In this document: one piece after another, positions 8,281-19,309 of the stretch | Layout: each line of letters starts with the position of its first letter | Position numbering within the stretch: position 1 is the first letter of the stretch | Origin: Bacteroidales bacterium | GTDB lineage: Bacteria > Bacteroidota > Bacteroidia > Bacteroidales > VadinHA17 | Assembly: GCA_003141415.1 (NCBI GenBank) | Contig: PLLX01000162.1 | Location: 7,015-62,266 of the forward strand | Length of the DNA stretch: 55,252 nt | Direction of reading: 5' to 3' | Position numbers and translations under genes: made by a program | Notes under the pieces: generated by a model | What the model was told of the DNA's origin: nothing | The model's input: only the letters and a program-made list of their open reading frames with translations | Databases searched by the model: none

Positions 8281-11217
8281 TTAGTATCTCTGATCGGGCT
8301 TAACAGGAAGTTTGGCCATTTTCTCTACCTCTAGTGAAGGAAACCCGAACTCTTCAACGACTTTTCCAAGGATCAGATATGTGCCGCTTCCTTTAAAAGG
8401 CCAGTTTTTAAGCGACTGAGAGAAATGGGTTGTATCAAAGAAATTGCCTTCAGCATCGATAAAACATCCAAAATTCATCCAGTCATTTTTTATTGTCTTA
8501 ATATACTTTACAGTAACCAGGTGTCCTACCATCCTGATTTTCCTGCCGGTATATTCACTCATCCTTCGTGCGGATACTTCGCCCCGGAAGGATGTTTCAA
8601 GCATATCGAACCAGCTCATTGTGACAGGAAAACCGAAGAGTTCGATTTCATCATATACATCTTCGATCTTTCCCTGAACAAGATCGGGGAGTGAAAAATC
8701 ACGGACAGGAGAGGAGAAGAGTGGTCGGATATTATCCGGTTTGTTTTTGTTAATCATCATGTGAGCTTCCCATAAAAGTACAGCCTTCTTCTTTCCTGTA
8801 AATCTGAATGCCCCTGCTTTAATAAGCAGAATTACATGCTCAAGTCCCGGATTTACCCTTGTAACAAAATCGTTTAGGTTTGCAAATGGACCTTCTGCAT
8901 TGCGTATCTCTTCAATTGACTGAGCAAGCCTGTACTCAAGGCTCATAATATGAATGAATCCGATATATATGTCTGTACCGTAAATTGTTGTCTTGTAATT
9001 GCTTTTATTTACACATGGCAGCTGAATAGTTGCTCCGCACCTTCTTGCTTCATGTACATAGACCCAGGTTCTGTAAAAGCCTCCGAAGTTATTTATTACG
9101 GCTACCATGAACTCAAGCGGATAGTGAGCTTTAAGATACAGACTCTGGAAGCTTTCAACGGCATATGAGGCAGAATGGGCCTTTGAGAACGAATATCCGG
9201 CAAAAGATTCAATCTGTCTCCATACCTCTTTTGTGACCTCATCGCTGTAACCCTTTTTGCGGCAGTTTGAGAAGAATCTTTCAATTATGCGTTGCATCTC
9301 CTGTTTTGACCGGTATTTGCCGCTCATGGCACGGCGAAGGGTATCGGCATCGGAAAGATCCAATCCTGCAAAGTGATGACAGACTTTCAATACATCTTCC
9401 TGATAAACCATAACACCGAATGTCTCTTCAAGCTGCTCCTTCATAACCGGATGTATATATTCGAATTTTCCCGGATTATGGAACCTGTAAATAAATTCTT
9501 TCATCATACCTGAACGTGCCACACCCGGCCTTATCACAGAACTGGCAGCCACAAGAGTAGTGTAGTTGTCGCATCTCAGCTTTTTCAGAAGGCCACGCAT
9601 TGCAGGACTTTCAATATAAAAGCATCCTTTTGTTTCGCCGATCCTCAGATACTCTTTTACCTTTTCATCGTTTTTAAATTTCTGTACTGCATGAACATCG
9701 ACATCTATACCACGGTTTCGCAGAATTATTTCTGCACTCTCGCGGATATGGCCTATTCCCCTCTGGCTCAGAATGTCGAGTTTCTCAAATCCTATCTCTT
9801 CGGCGGTGTACATATCCCACTGGGTTGTAGGAAAACCTTTCGGAGGCATATCGAGAGCGGTATAACATGTTATTGGTTCTTCAGAGATAAGTATGCCACC
9901 GGCATGAATGCTCCGCATATTGGGAAAGTCAGCGATCTTAAGACCCGTGGAGAAAATAAGATTGGTTATATCATTCCGGTTTGTATCTGCTGAAGGATTA
10001 TCAATAAGCGAATCAATCTCTTCCTTGGGCAAACCATGTACTTTTCCAAGTTCACGGACAATGGATTTTCCTCTGAAAGTACTCATAGTCCCGAGCAGTG
10101 CGGTATGCCCATAGCCATATCTCTTGAAAATATAATCGATGACCTCATCCCGTTCTTTCCACGAGTAGTCAATATCGAAGTCGGGAGGACTGCTCCGTTT
10201 CGGATTTATGAATCGTTCAAAGTAAAGGTTTAGATCAATGGGGTCAACGTTAGTGATTTTCAGACAATAAGCAACGACAGAATTTGCACCGCTACCACGT
10301 CCGACATGATAAAAACCACGGGCCATTGAATATCTTACGATATCCCAGGTTATCAGAAAGTAGGCAGAGAAACCAAGCCTGTCGATTATCTCAAGTTCAT
10401 GCTTTACCCTTTTCTTTGCTTCATTATTCTGTCTGCCATACCTGTATACCATTCCATCCCAGGCGAGTTTTTCGAGAAGCAGCTTGTCATCATACCTGCT
10501 GGCAGAATAGATCTTTTTGTTTTTAAAACTTTCATGGTCAAACTGTAAATCACAGTCATCCAGAAGCTTTTTGGTATTATTAAATAACCATGGGTATTCT
10601 CTCATGATTTTTTCAATATCGGCCGGATCTTTAAAGAATTCATCTTCTCCTGCGCATTGCCATTCTTGCAGGTGACTGAGAAGAATATTGTTGTCAACGG
10701 CCCTGAGACTCCTGTGAATAAAAATGTCACCTGTCTCTGCAAATGTAACCGGCTGCAGCAGAACCATTGAACTCCTGTTTATTGATGAAGTCAATGTCAA
10801 CAGGCTATTCAGTTCATGTGGTCTTATTCCTATGCGTTCATTATCAAATAGTTTACGTGAAGGAATTTTTTTAAGGGAATATATTATATACGATTCGGAG
10901 AATTGAGGTGCCGGAAAGGGAATTAATGACTTGTTGAAATTCTGATCCGAGAGAAATTCATTCAGCTCCTGCAACCCTTTGTTATTACGTGCAATTCCGA
11001 TATACAGAAATTCATTATCATTTCTGTATTCTATACCTGCAACAGGTCTGATATTGTTTTTGCTGCATTCGCCTGCAAATTCGGGAATTCCTGTTGAATT
11101 GTTAATGTCAGTAAGAACAATAGTATCCGTTCCTGCAGCCAGAGCTCTCTGCAAAAGCTGTTCAACGGACATGGTTCCGTAACGCAGACTGTAATATGAG
11201 TGGCAGTTTAGATACAT
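8281..11217 (-). CDS. dnaE2: DNA polymerase III alpha subunit, error-prone DnaE2-like
   Basis: PHP N-terminus, GRGSGANS, PPDFDID, YSFSKAHSASY; short (978 aa) and co-transcribed with dinB. Confidence 0.88.
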   Translation of the reverse strand: MYLNCHSYYSLRYGTMSVEQLLQRALAAGTDTIVLTDINNSTGIPEFAGECSKNNIRPVAGIEYRNDNEFLYIGIARNNKGLQELNEFLSDQNFNKSLIPFPAPQFSESYIIYSLKKIPSRKLFDNERIGIRPHELNSLLTLTSSINRSSMVLLQPVTFAETGDIFIHRSLRAVDNNILLSHLQEWQCAGEDEFFKDPADIEKIMREYPWLFNNTKKLLDDCDLQFDHESFKNKKIYSASRYDDKLLLEKLAWDGMVYRYGRQNNEAKKRVKHELEIIDRLGFSAYFLITWDIVRYSMARGFYHVGRGSGANSVVAYCLKITNVDPIDLNLYFERFINPKRSSPPDFDIDYSWKERDEVIDYIFKRYGYGHTALLGTMSTFRGKSIVRELGKVHGLPKEEIDSLIDNPSADTNRNDITNLIFSTGLKIADFPNMRSIHAGGILISEEPITCYTALDMPPKGFPTTQWDMYTAEEIGFEKLDILSQRGIGHIRESAEIILRNRGIDVDVHAVQKFKNDEKVKEYLRIGETKGCFYIESPAMRGLLKKLRCDNYTTLVAASSVIRPGVARSGMMKEFIYRFHNPGKFEYIHPVMKEQLEETFGVMVYQEDVLKVCHHFAGLDLSDADTLRRAMSGKYRSKQEMQRIIERFFSNCRKKGYSDEVTKEVWRQIESFAGYSFSKAHSASYAVESFQSLYLKAHYPLEFMVAVINNFGGFYRTWVYVHEARRCGATIQLPCVNKSNYKTTIYGTDIYIGFIHIMSLEYRLAQSIEEIRNAEGPFANLNDFVTRVNPGLEHVILLIKAGAFRFTGKKKAVLLWEAHMMINKNKPDNIRPLFSSPVRDFSLPDLVQGKIEDVYDEIELFGFPVTMSWFDMLETSFRGEVSARRMSEYTGRKIRMVGHLVTVKYIKTIKNDWMNFGCFIDAEGNFFDTTHFSQSLKNWPFKGSGTYLILGKVVEEFGFPSLEVEKMAKLPVKPDQRY

Positions 11218-11227
11218 TGTTTCTCGT

Positions 11228-12478
11228 TTACCCTCCCCGTAGACGCTCCTCCATCATATTTTGCTCTTTAAGAGCATTTTCGAGCTGTTTAAGGGCTTTT
11301 CCCTCTCTTTCGGTTACCGTCATCACTCCGGAAGCTCTCCTAACCGCATTTCGCCCGAAACGCTTCCTGATCCTGTCCATTGCCATATAAAGGCTGACCT
11401 TTTCAGGAGTATCGTCAAACATGTCAAGCTGCTGGACTCCTCTTACCATATGACTGAACCTTACACCAATAAGTCTTATAAGCATACGTCTCTGGTAGAG
11501 TTTTGCAAAGAGCTCTTTGGTGATATTGGCAAGCACATGGTCGAATGATGTATATGGTATCCGTTTCTGCAGTGTATGGGTATCGAAGTTTGAATACCTG
11601 ATCTTAACAGTGATGCATGAAGTGAGTTTCTCCTGTTTTCTCAGCTCGAACGCAATCTTCTCCACCATGCTTACCAGCAATTGATTCAGCCTCACCAGGT
11701 CGGTGGTGTCTTTTTCGAAAGTATGTTCGGTACTTATTGATTTTTGTTCCGAGTAGCTTATGACGGGAGTAGAGTCGATGCCATTGGCTCTCTTCCACAT
11801 TTCAATCCCGTTTTTACCCATCAGCTTTTCAAGCATTTCGACAGGGATATTCCGCAGGGTATAAATTGTAGCAATGCCCATCGAGCGGAGTACCTGGTAA
11901 GTCTTCTGACCAATCATTGGTATTTTTCTTATCGAAAGCGGATCGAGGAATGGAAGCACAATCTCTTTTTGTACCTCAATTTCACCATTTGGCTTTGCCT
12001 CGCCGGTTGCTATTTTTGATACGGTCTTGTTGACTGACAGTCCGATTGATATGGGCAGACCTGTCTCTTTTATTATATACTGGCGCAATTCATGCGACCA
12101 TTTGTAGCATCCGTAGAAACGGTCCATCCCGGTAAGATCGATATAGTGCTCATCAACCGATGCTTTCTCATATAGCGGTGCCCTTTCGGCAATTATGCCG
12201 GTTACAATGTTTGAATAGTTGGTGTAAAGTTCCATGTCGCCCCTTATCACGATGGCATCGGGACACATACTCCTGGCCATTTTCATCGGCATAGCGGAGC
12301 TCACGCCGTATTTTCTTGCCTCATAGCTGCAGCTAGATACAACTCCGCGGTCCGACATGCCGCCAATTATGACCGGCTTACCATTCAGGCGGCTGTTCTT
12401 AAGCCTTTCGACTGATACAAAAAAAGTATCGAGGTCGAGATGCAGAACCGATCGGTCTATGTTGCCGGAGAGGATCAT
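11228..12478 (-). CDS. dinB: DNA polymerase IV (Y family)
   Basis: HLDLDTFFVSVE, CSYEARKYGV and SVDE motifs. Confidence 0.95.
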   Translation of the reverse strand: MILSGNIDRSVLHLDLDTFFVSVERLKNSRLNGKPVIIGGMSDRGVVSSCSYEARKYGVSSAMPMKMARSMCPDAIVIRGDMELYTNYSNIVTGIIAERAPLYEKASVDEHYIDLTGMDRFYGCYKWSHELRQYIIKETGLPISIGLSVNKTVSKIATGEAKPNGEIEVQKEIVLPFLDPLSIRKIPMIGQKTYQVLRSMGIATIYTLRNIPVEMLEKLMGKNGIEMWKRANGIDSTPVISYSEQKSISTEHTFEKDTTDLVRLNQLLVSMVEKIAFELRKQEKLTSCITVKIRYSNFDTHTLQKRIPYTSFDHVLANITKELFAKLYQRRMLIRLIGVRFSHMVRGVQQLDMFDDTPEKVSLYMAMDRIRKRFGRNAVRRASGVMTVTEREGKALKQLENALKEQNMMEERLRGG

Positions 12479-12763
12479 TGTAATGATTATTAAATAGTTA
12501 AGTATTAATTAGATAGTTTATACGCAGTCCATTGTTTTTTGCCCGCATTCCCCCTAATGGGGGCTAATTCTTTCTGGTTAAGTGTAATTAACCTAAATAT
12601 CACAATTTTAGCCCCGCTTCAGCAGGACAGGGGCATTACTCCCAAAATGTTTTCTTTCTTTTTTCTAAAAAATATTCCTTTTTTCTTGTACATATAACAA
12701 TTAAGTTTTATTTTTGATCAGAAAATAATCAATTTTATGATTACAATATAATCAATATTCATT

Positions 12764-13591
12764 ATGTACTTCGCATCGAACATAAAATTTTTAAGAAAAA
12801 GGAGGGGCAGAACACAGGATGATGTGGCTTTTGCCCTTAACCTTAAACGTTCAACCCTGAGCGGTTATGAGAACGGTGTGGCCCAGCCCGGTATAGAAAT
12901 TCTGATATCCTTTTCCGGTTATTTCAACATTGCTATCGATACGATCCTTAAACTGGATATTTCAAAGTTGTCAGAAAGTCAGCTTGGCGAACTTGAAAGA
13001 GGATATGATGTTTATGTGAAAGGAAGCAATCTCAGAGTATTGACCACAACAGTCAATTCCGACAAAAGGGAGAATATTGAACTGGTACCCGAGAAAGCGA
13101 AAGCAGGCTATGCAACCGGATATGCTGATCCGGAATATATCGGTGAGCTTCCGGTATTCACATTACCTTTTCTTTCCAATAAAAAGAAATACAGAACTTT
13201 TCAGTTGAAAGGCGATTCTATGCTTCCTATTCCCGATGGTTCATGGGTAACAGGGGAATATGTCCAGGACTGGATGCAGATAATTAGCGGGAAAGCTTAC
13301 GTAGTGTTTACCCTCGACGACGGAATCGTCTTTAAGGTAGTTGAAAATAATTTGACAAAAGATGGTAAACTTGTTCTCTATTCACTTAACCCTGTTTATG
13401 AACCTTATCAGGTACATGTAAATGAGGTGAAAGAGATATGGAAATTCGTTAATTATATCAGCAGTGAATTACCCGATCCTGTATTACCGGAAAAACAACT
13501 GATCAAGGCAGTCGCCGGAATGAAGCATGATCTTGAAAGGATAAAAGCCAAGCTGGGAAAAGATATTTCGGATATAAATGAGGAGAAATAG
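12764..13591 (+). CDS. LexA-like repressor (XRE-HTH + S24 autopeptidase)
   Basis: HTH; Ala-Gly site AKAGY; catalytic GDSM and FK; divergent from dinB-dnaE2. Confidence 0.88.
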   Translation: MYFASNIKFLRKRRGRTQDDVAFALNLKRSTLSGYENGVAQPGIEILISFSGYFNIAIDTILKLDISKLSESQLGELERGYDVYVKGSNLRVLTTTVNSDKRENIELVPEKAKAGYATGYADPEYIGELPVFTLPFLSNKKKYRTFQLKGDSMLPIPDGSWVTGEYVQDWMQIISGKAYVVFTLDDGIVFKVVENNLTKDGKLVLYSLNPVYEPYQVHVNEVKEIWKFVNYISSELPDPVLPEKQLIKAVAGMKHDLERIKAKLGKDISDINEEK

Positions 13592-13599
13592 GAGAAGAG

Positions 13600-13800
13600 C
13601 CCTCTGCCGTTTCCTTTGCCTTCGCGTAGCCGCTTCGGTGAAGCAAGGGCGGCATCTCCCCCAAAAGAATTCTGACACGCTGAGGGACACCCCTCTGCCG
13701 CTTTGCGGCATCTCCCCAAAGGGGGAGATAATTCTCTTGTATTTAGTTGAATTACACTAAGATAACGTGGATTTTTCCCCCCCTGGGGGGAATTAAAAGG
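13600..13800. repeat. Tandem REP-like palindromic repeats
   Basis: Two CCCTCTGCCG...CGGCATCTCCCC units plus TTCCCCCCTGGGGGGAA, between convergent genes. Confidence 0.7.
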
Positions 13801-13824
13801 AGTTTATGAAATTGCAGTATCTTC

Positions 13825-14352
13825 CTAAAATAATCTCCACTTCCCATCTTCAAACTCTATGGGAAATGTACTGATACTGTTCAGCTCTTCTAGCTTGAAT
13901 ATTACGTGAGGTAAATCTCGTAAGTGATTTATATTCTTTTGTTTATTTGTTGTACTGGAAGTCATGATTATAAATACTCCTGGTTCGATATAGTTCCGTA
14001 GGGCAGGTGATTCACAAATGATGGGAATACCTTCTGGAATAAGATCCTTTATTTTGTTAAAAACAAAGAGCAGCCGGTCATCAAATACCTTGGCAAAGTA
14101 AACCTTTGAAGCCCCGGAATTAAGCATCCGCGAGGTATCCTTTGTTGTATCCCTGTTTGTTTCTTCATATATCGCATATCCTGTTTCTTCAAAGATAGTT
14201 TTCAATCCTGGAGTGGTCTCATGAAAATGAGGGCTTATCTTGATCGCAGTGATATTTAAATTCTTAAGCTGTTGAATTATCCTGCAAGCAATTGTCGTTT
14301 TCCCTGACTTGGTTCCGGTTCCTGTTATAAGAAGAAGGTTTGGGATTATCAT
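13825..14352 (-). CDS. P-loop NTPase-like hypothetical protein
   Basis: ITGTGTKSGKTT Walker-A-like motif; start placed at MIIPN. Confidence 0.65.
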   Translation of the reverse strand: MIIPNLLLITGTGTKSGKTTIACRIIQQLKNLNITAIKISPHFHETTPGLKTIFEETGYAIYEETNRDTTKDTSRMLNSGASKVYFAKVFDDRLLFVFNKIKDLIPEGIPIICESPALRNYIEPGVFIIMTSSTTNKQKNINHLRDLPHVIFKLEELNSISTFPIEFEDGKWRLF

Positions 14353-14453
14353 ATGTATTGTTTTAAAAGGAAATAACCACAAAGTGCTCAAAGTAGGCAC
14401 GCCCCCTGTCCGCTTCGCGGCCTTTGTGGTTAAATCTGTATGGAGAGAACTTC

Positions 14454-14993
14454 TTATTCTTTTGTCAGAGCAATTATCTGATCAACTATCTTCTGGTTGT
14501 CTGATTCAGGAATATGTCCTTTATAAATAAACCTGCATACCCTGTTTTTATCAAGAATTACCACAGTGTAATTATCCCTTGGCAAACCCCATTCTTGCTG
14601 CAGGGTAGCCTTATAATCAAAAAGAATAGTGGTATCGTATTTTTTTGCCTTATTACCGGCAATCATTCTTATAAGACCATTAGGTTTCCATGTCGATTTA
14701 CAATCAACAATACCAAATCCCTTGAAAAGATCCTGGTTAAGTGTCTTATCCACATCAGTCGCTTTTTTGACAGCATCATTGAATGCATCATTAAGATCTG
14801 ATTCATCAGGGTCAACATAATTTATCTGAAGTACTTTACCTGGCCATGAATTCATTGTAAATTCTTTTTTATCAGCATCAGTAAACATCCAGTCAGGAGC
14901 TTTCATACCTACATCCAGTTTGACATTCTGTTGTCCGAAGATTCCTGTCAGAGCAAAGAAACTGAAAACAAGGGTAGTGATCGTTTTTTTCAT
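14454..14993 (-). CDS. YtfJ-family thioredoxin-like secreted protein
   Basis: Signal peptide; GKVLQINYVDPD and VVILDKN motifs. Confidence 0.7.
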   Translation of the reverse strand: MKKTITTLVFSFFALTGIFGQQNVKLDVGMKAPDWMFTDADKKEFTMNSWPGKVLQINYVDPDESDLNDAFNDAVKKATDVDKTLNQDLFKGFGIVDCKSTWKPNGLIRMIAGNKAKKYDTTILFDYKATLQQEWGLPRDNYTVVILDKNRVCRFIYKGHIPESDNQKIVDQIIALTKE

Positions 14994-15109
14994 AAGTCGG
15001 TTTTTAAAATTTATTTACCAATATATGAATTTTTTATCATTAATTAATTTTCGAACTTATTGTCATTTATCCCGGCAACAATATTACTTTTGCGGTCTAA
15101 TTAATTTGT

Positions 15110-16891
15110 ATGCAATTAATACGAAATATTGCGATCATTGCACATGTTGACCATGGTAAAACTACTCTGGTTGACCGGATTATACAGGAATGCCAGGTAT
15201 TGGACCAAAGGAAGGAAGCAGGTGATCTTATTCTTGATAGCAACGATCTTGAGCGGGAAAGAGGGATTACCATACTCTCAAAAAACGTTTCAGTTAATTA
15301 TAAAGGGGTTAAAATTAATATTATTGATACACCAGGTCATGCTGATTTTGGTGGTGAAGTTGAGAGGGTACTTAAGATGGCCGACGGTGTATTGTTACTT
15401 GTTGATGCTCTCGAGGGCCCAATGCCACAGACAAGATTTGTACTCGGAAAAGCAATAGCTCTTGGACTTAAACCAATTGTGGTTGTTAACAAGGTTGATA
15501 AGGAAAATTGTCGGCCTGATGAAGTTCAGCAGGATGTTTATGAACTCATGTTTAATCTTGACGCTACCGACGACCAGCTTGAATTTGCAACAGTTTTTGG
15601 CTCATCTAAATATGGTTGGATGAGCAATGACTGGAAAAAACCGACAACTGATATAAAATATCTTCTTGATACAATCCTTAAGGAAATTCCGGAACCTCCT
15701 TATGTTGAAGGCACAGCCCAGATGCAGATTGCTTCGCTTGATTTCTCCAGCTATGTAGGCAGAATTGCAATTGGACGTATCTTCAGAGGAGATATTACTG
15801 CCGGGTTAGATTATACCTTATGCAAGAAAGACGGTAAAGTCAAGAAAGTAAGAGTAAAGGAATTATATGTTTTCGAAGGTTTGGGAAGAGTAAAAACTGA
15901 TAGTGTAAGATGTGGCGATCTTTGTGCAGTTATAGGACTTGAGGATTTTGAAATTGGAGATACACTCGCCGATTTGCTTGCTCCTGAGGCCCTTCAGAGA
16001 ATTGAAGTTGATGAACCTACCATGAGTATGGTTTTTACTATCAATAATTCCCCTATGTATGGAAAAGAAGGCAAGTTTGTTACTTCGCGACACCTAAGAA
16101 CAAGACTGATAAGGGAGACCGAGAAAAATCTTGCGCTGAAAGTTGAAGAAACAAAATCAGAAGATACTTTCAATGTTTTCGGCAGAGGGATACTCCATCT
16201 TTCGATCCTGATAGAGACAATGCGGCGTGAAGGCTATGAATTCCAGGTTGGAAAGCCAAAAGTAATACTGAAAGATATAAATGATGTTAAGTCAGAGCCT
16301 TATGAGACACTTACTATTGATGTTCCTCCTGAATACTCAGGCAAAGCCATTGAGCTTGTTACACAGCGAAAAGGTGAAATGATAGTCATTGAACCCAAAG
16401 GGGACCTTACTCATATAGAATTTGATATTCCATCGAGAGGTATTATCGGGCTTAGGAATAATATGCTTACGGCAACTTCAGGCGAAGCTGTGATGCATCA
16501 TCGATTCAGAGCTTATGACAAATATAAAGGCGATGAGCTCATGCCGAAACAGAACGGATCATTGATTTCCCTCGACATGGGAATGGCGACCGGGCATGCG
16601 ATTGATCGTTTGCAGGACAGGGGTAGATTCTATATTGATCCCGGAGAACAGGTTTACAGAGGCCAGGTTATAGGCGAACATACCAGGATCGGCGATCTGG
16701 AAGTAAATATAGTTAAAGGTAAAAAACTTACTAATATGAGAGCTTCAGGATCTGATGATAGCCTGAAGATAGCCCCAAAACTAAAATTTTCACTTGAGGA
16801 AGCAATGGAGCAGATAAAAGATGATGAATATCTTGAAGTTACGCCACTAAGCCTGAGAATGAGAAAGATACCCGGTTATAAATTCGCTTAA
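15110..16891 (+). CDS. typA: Translational GTPase TypA/BipA
   Basis: IAHVDHGKTTLVD, DTPGHADFGGEVER and KKLTNMRASG motifs. Confidence 0.98.
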   Translation: MQLIRNIAIIAHVDHGKTTLVDRIIQECQVLDQRKEAGDLILDSNDLERERGITILSKNVSVNYKGVKINIIDTPGHADFGGEVERVLKMADGVLLLVDALEGPMPQTRFVLGKAIALGLKPIVVVNKVDKENCRPDEVQQDVYELMFNLDATDDQLEFATVFGSSKYGWMSNDWKKPTTDIKYLLDTILKEIPEPPYVEGTAQMQIASLDFSSYVGRIAIGRIFRGDITAGLDYTLCKKDGKVKKVRVKELYVFEGLGRVKTDSVRCGDLCAVIGLEDFEIGDTLADLLAPEALQRIEVDEPTMSMVFTINNSPMYGKEGKFVTSRHLRTRLIRETEKNLALKVEETKSEDTFNVFGRGILHLSILIETMRREGYEFQVGKPKVILKDINDVKSEPYETLTIDVPPEYSGKAIELVTQRKGEMIVIEPKGDLTHIEFDIPSRGIIGLRNNMLTATSGEAVMHHRFRAYDKYKGDELMPKQNGSLISLDMGMATGHAIDRLQDRGRFYIDPGEQVYRGQVIGEHTRIGDLEVNIVKGKKLTNMRASGSDDSLKIAPKLKFSLEEAMEQIKDDEYLEVTPLSLRMRKIPGYKFA

Positions 16892-16902
16892 TAACCTAAC
16901 AT

Positions 16903-17583
16903 ATGTCTTACATTAAAAATGATTTTATCATAAAAGTAAAGAGAATTTACTTCTTATTTATTGTTATTGTATTATCAATAAGATCAGTCTCTTACGGACA
17001 AGATATTAATTATGCCGGATTTGGAATGGAGATAAAAGAGAGCCATCTTCCAAAGGGATTAAAGGTAGGCGACAAAGCACCTGATTTTACCGGGTATGAC
17101 CAAATGGGAAGACAGGTTGAATTGAAAAAACTACTCAAACAAGGACCAATAATTCTTTTCTTTTACAGGGGCAATTGGTGTCCTATATGTAACAGATATT
17201 TAAAGAATTACCAGGATTCACTTAAAGTACTGACAGATCAGGGTTTTAATGTCGTTGCTATTACACCTGAATCAATTGAAAATGTAGAGAACACGGTAAA
17301 ACTTCATAATTTAACTTTTACAGTCATTTATGATTGTCAGGAAAAAATAATGAAAGATTATGACCTTATGTTTAATGTAACAAAAGCCTATCAGGATAAG
17401 ATCCAATCAAGCTTTTCAATTGATATCGCTAAAAATAACGGCAGGGATTCTGCCCGGTTGCCTGTTCCTGCTACTTATATTATAAACAAGGAGGGAATTA
17501 TTGTAGCTGTTCAGTTTGACCCTGACTACAAGAACAGAGCCACAGTAAAGTGGATGTTAAAAAACCTTGGACTGGCATTATAA
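16903..17583 (+). CDS. Peroxiredoxin-like AhpC/TSA protein
   Basis: FYRGNWCPIC and LPVPATY motifs. Confidence 0.85.
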   Translation: MSYIKNDFIIKVKRIYFLFIVIVLSIRSVSYGQDINYAGFGMEIKESHLPKGLKVGDKAPDFTGYDQMGRQVELKKLLKQGPIILFFYRGNWCPICNRYLKNYQDSLKVLTDQGFNVVAITPESIENVENTVKLHNLTFTVIYDCQEKIMKDYDLMFNVTKAYQDKIQSSFSIDIAKNNGRDSARLPVPATYIINKEGIIVAVQFDPDYKNRATVKWMLKNLGLAL

Positions 17584-17586
17584 GGA

Positions 17587-18603
17587 TCATTTCTTTTCTG
17601 ATAACTCACTGGCTGCCATACTGAAAGCCTTCATGTTTTCATCGGTGGTCCCTGGAGTAATTTCACAGCCTGCCGAAACAATACAACGACCTCTGGCTTG
17701 TTTAAAATCCTGAAAAACTGATTGTTTTATTTTCTCCGGTGTTCCATCCTGAATTATTGTTACAGGGTCTGATTTACCGGAAAAGACCTGGTGCTTATTT
17801 ATTAATGGTTCAAAAATTTCCATTGAAGGTACCAGATGATCTATATCAATAATATCGGTTCCTGTTTGTATCATCTGTTTCAGAATTGATTCCGTATTCC
17901 CACAGATATGAAGCTTAGCCAGGGCTCCTTCAGAATGAATATATTCAACAAGTTTTTTCTGCCTTGCATATGCGAACTGACTATACAGATCAGGCCCTAT
18001 TTGTGAGCAGAATGCATCTCCAATGCCAATGCAGTGAGCACCGGCTTTTATCTGGAGAGAAATAAAATCCATGGCAGATTCAATAATTATATCCATTGAC
18101 TTTTCGACTGCTTCGGGTTCCAGAAATAAGTCCATTGATGCTTCTGTAGCTCCCCTAAGATCGACATACTCGGCTACAGGTCCCTCAACCCACCCGACAA
18201 CAAATAGTTCATCTTCACGATGTTTTCTGAATTCTTTTATCTCAATCAGCCTGTTGTTGCACCGTTTGTTTTTCAAAGGATCATAATGTTTTAAATGCGA
18301 TGCCGATTTTGCATCCGGGAAATGGCCGCATTTATCAACAGGAAGACTGTTTTCCGGATATTCGACCTGAATTCCAAAGGCTGATGCTTCAGCCCAGGGA
18401 TCTGACATAACTGTAACCCAATCAATATTAAAATCTCTTGCACAGAGAAACATTGCTTTACATTTGGAAAAAGGATCGAGACAGAAATCCCGGTATTTAA
18501 TTCCGGCATATTTAGCCGCCCATCGCATTATTATAGGGTGAAATGGAGGATGGTCAACAGAATTTCCATTCAAAAATGAGAGTGTTCTTTCAAGACCTGT
18601 CAT
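17587..18603 (-). CDS. Uroporphyrinogen decarboxylase / MtaA-CmuA methyltransferase family protein
   Basis: LHICG and AGCEI Zn-site motifs; VEGP. Confidence 0.85.
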   Translation of the reverse strand: MTGLERTLSFLNGNSVDHPPFHPIIMRWAAKYAGIKYRDFCLDPFSKCKAMFLCARDFNIDWVTVMSDPWAEASAFGIQVEYPENSLPVDKCGHFPDAKSASHLKHYDPLKNKRCNNRLIEIKEFRKHREDELFVVGWVEGPVAEYVDLRGATEASMDLFLEPEAVEKSMDIIIESAMDFISLQIKAGAHCIGIGDAFCSQIGPDLYSQFAYARQKKLVEYIHSEGALAKLHICGNTESILKQMIQTGTDIIDIDHLVPSMEIFEPLINKHQVFSGKSDPVTIIQDGTPEKIKQSVFQDFKQARGRCIVSAGCEITPGTTDENMKAFSMAASELSEKK

Positions 18604-18649
18604 GATTAATGTATTTCTTATTTTTTTGCCCCCCAGGGGGCCCTGTCTT

Positions 18650-19309
18650 CTAATTATTCAGATAATCATTTAATGGTTTCATGGCTTTAAACACATTCAC
18701 AACATGATCAATAAAATCATTGCTTATTACCATTTTATCAGATACCTCATTTACAACAAGGTAACTTTTAAATTTGAGAAGCTCAATATAAGGATGGTTT
18801 GCAGGATACCCTTTTGGCGCTGTCTTTAGCTTTTCTCCGTCAATTGCTCCGAAATATTTAATGAAATCTTTAGTATGAGTAATTTTTATGAATTCATCCG
18901 CCGTATCGCTTATCTTCTCCCTTATGGCAGACAACCATTGACTTGGAGGTGTATATGCTCCGCCTGCCATGATGCTTTTGCCCGGCTCAATATGAAAGTA
19001 ATAACCGGCAAACTTATCTCCATTCTTTTTTCCGCCCCGGACAATAAATGCACCAAAATGAGATTTGTAGAGCGATTTGTCATTTGAAAAACGAATATCA
19101 CGGTTAATCCTGAAAACGCAACTTTTAGCTTCCAATCCTTTCATAACCGGCTCAAATAAAATTATTTTATTTATGATTTCCTGAACAAAGGATTCAAAGT
19201 TATCCTTTGCATTTAAATACCTGGGCCGGTTCGCGACAAACCAGTCACGGTTGTTATTACATTTTAATTCAGTGAGGAAATCCAGAGTTGATTTTTTAAT
19301 TGATTCCAT
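18650..19309 (-). CDS. DUF2461-family protein
   Basis: NNNRDWF, FRINRDIRFSNDK.LYK and LKTAPKGY motifs. Confidence 0.9.
   Translation of the reverse strand: MESIKKSTLDFLTELKCNNNRDWFVANRPRYLNAKDNFESFVQEIINKIILFEPVMKGLEAKSCVFRINRDIRFSNDKSLYKSHFGAFIVRGGKKNGDKFAGYYFHIEPGKSIMAGGAYTPPSQWLSAIREKISDTADEFIKITHTKDFIKYFGAIDGEKLKTAPKGYPANHPYIELLKFKSYLVVNEVSDKMVISNDFIDHVVNVFKAMKPLNDYLNN

Noticed and set aside
13453-13760. Short ORFs over the GC-rich repeats
   Set aside because: Explained by stop-poor palindromic repeat DNA.
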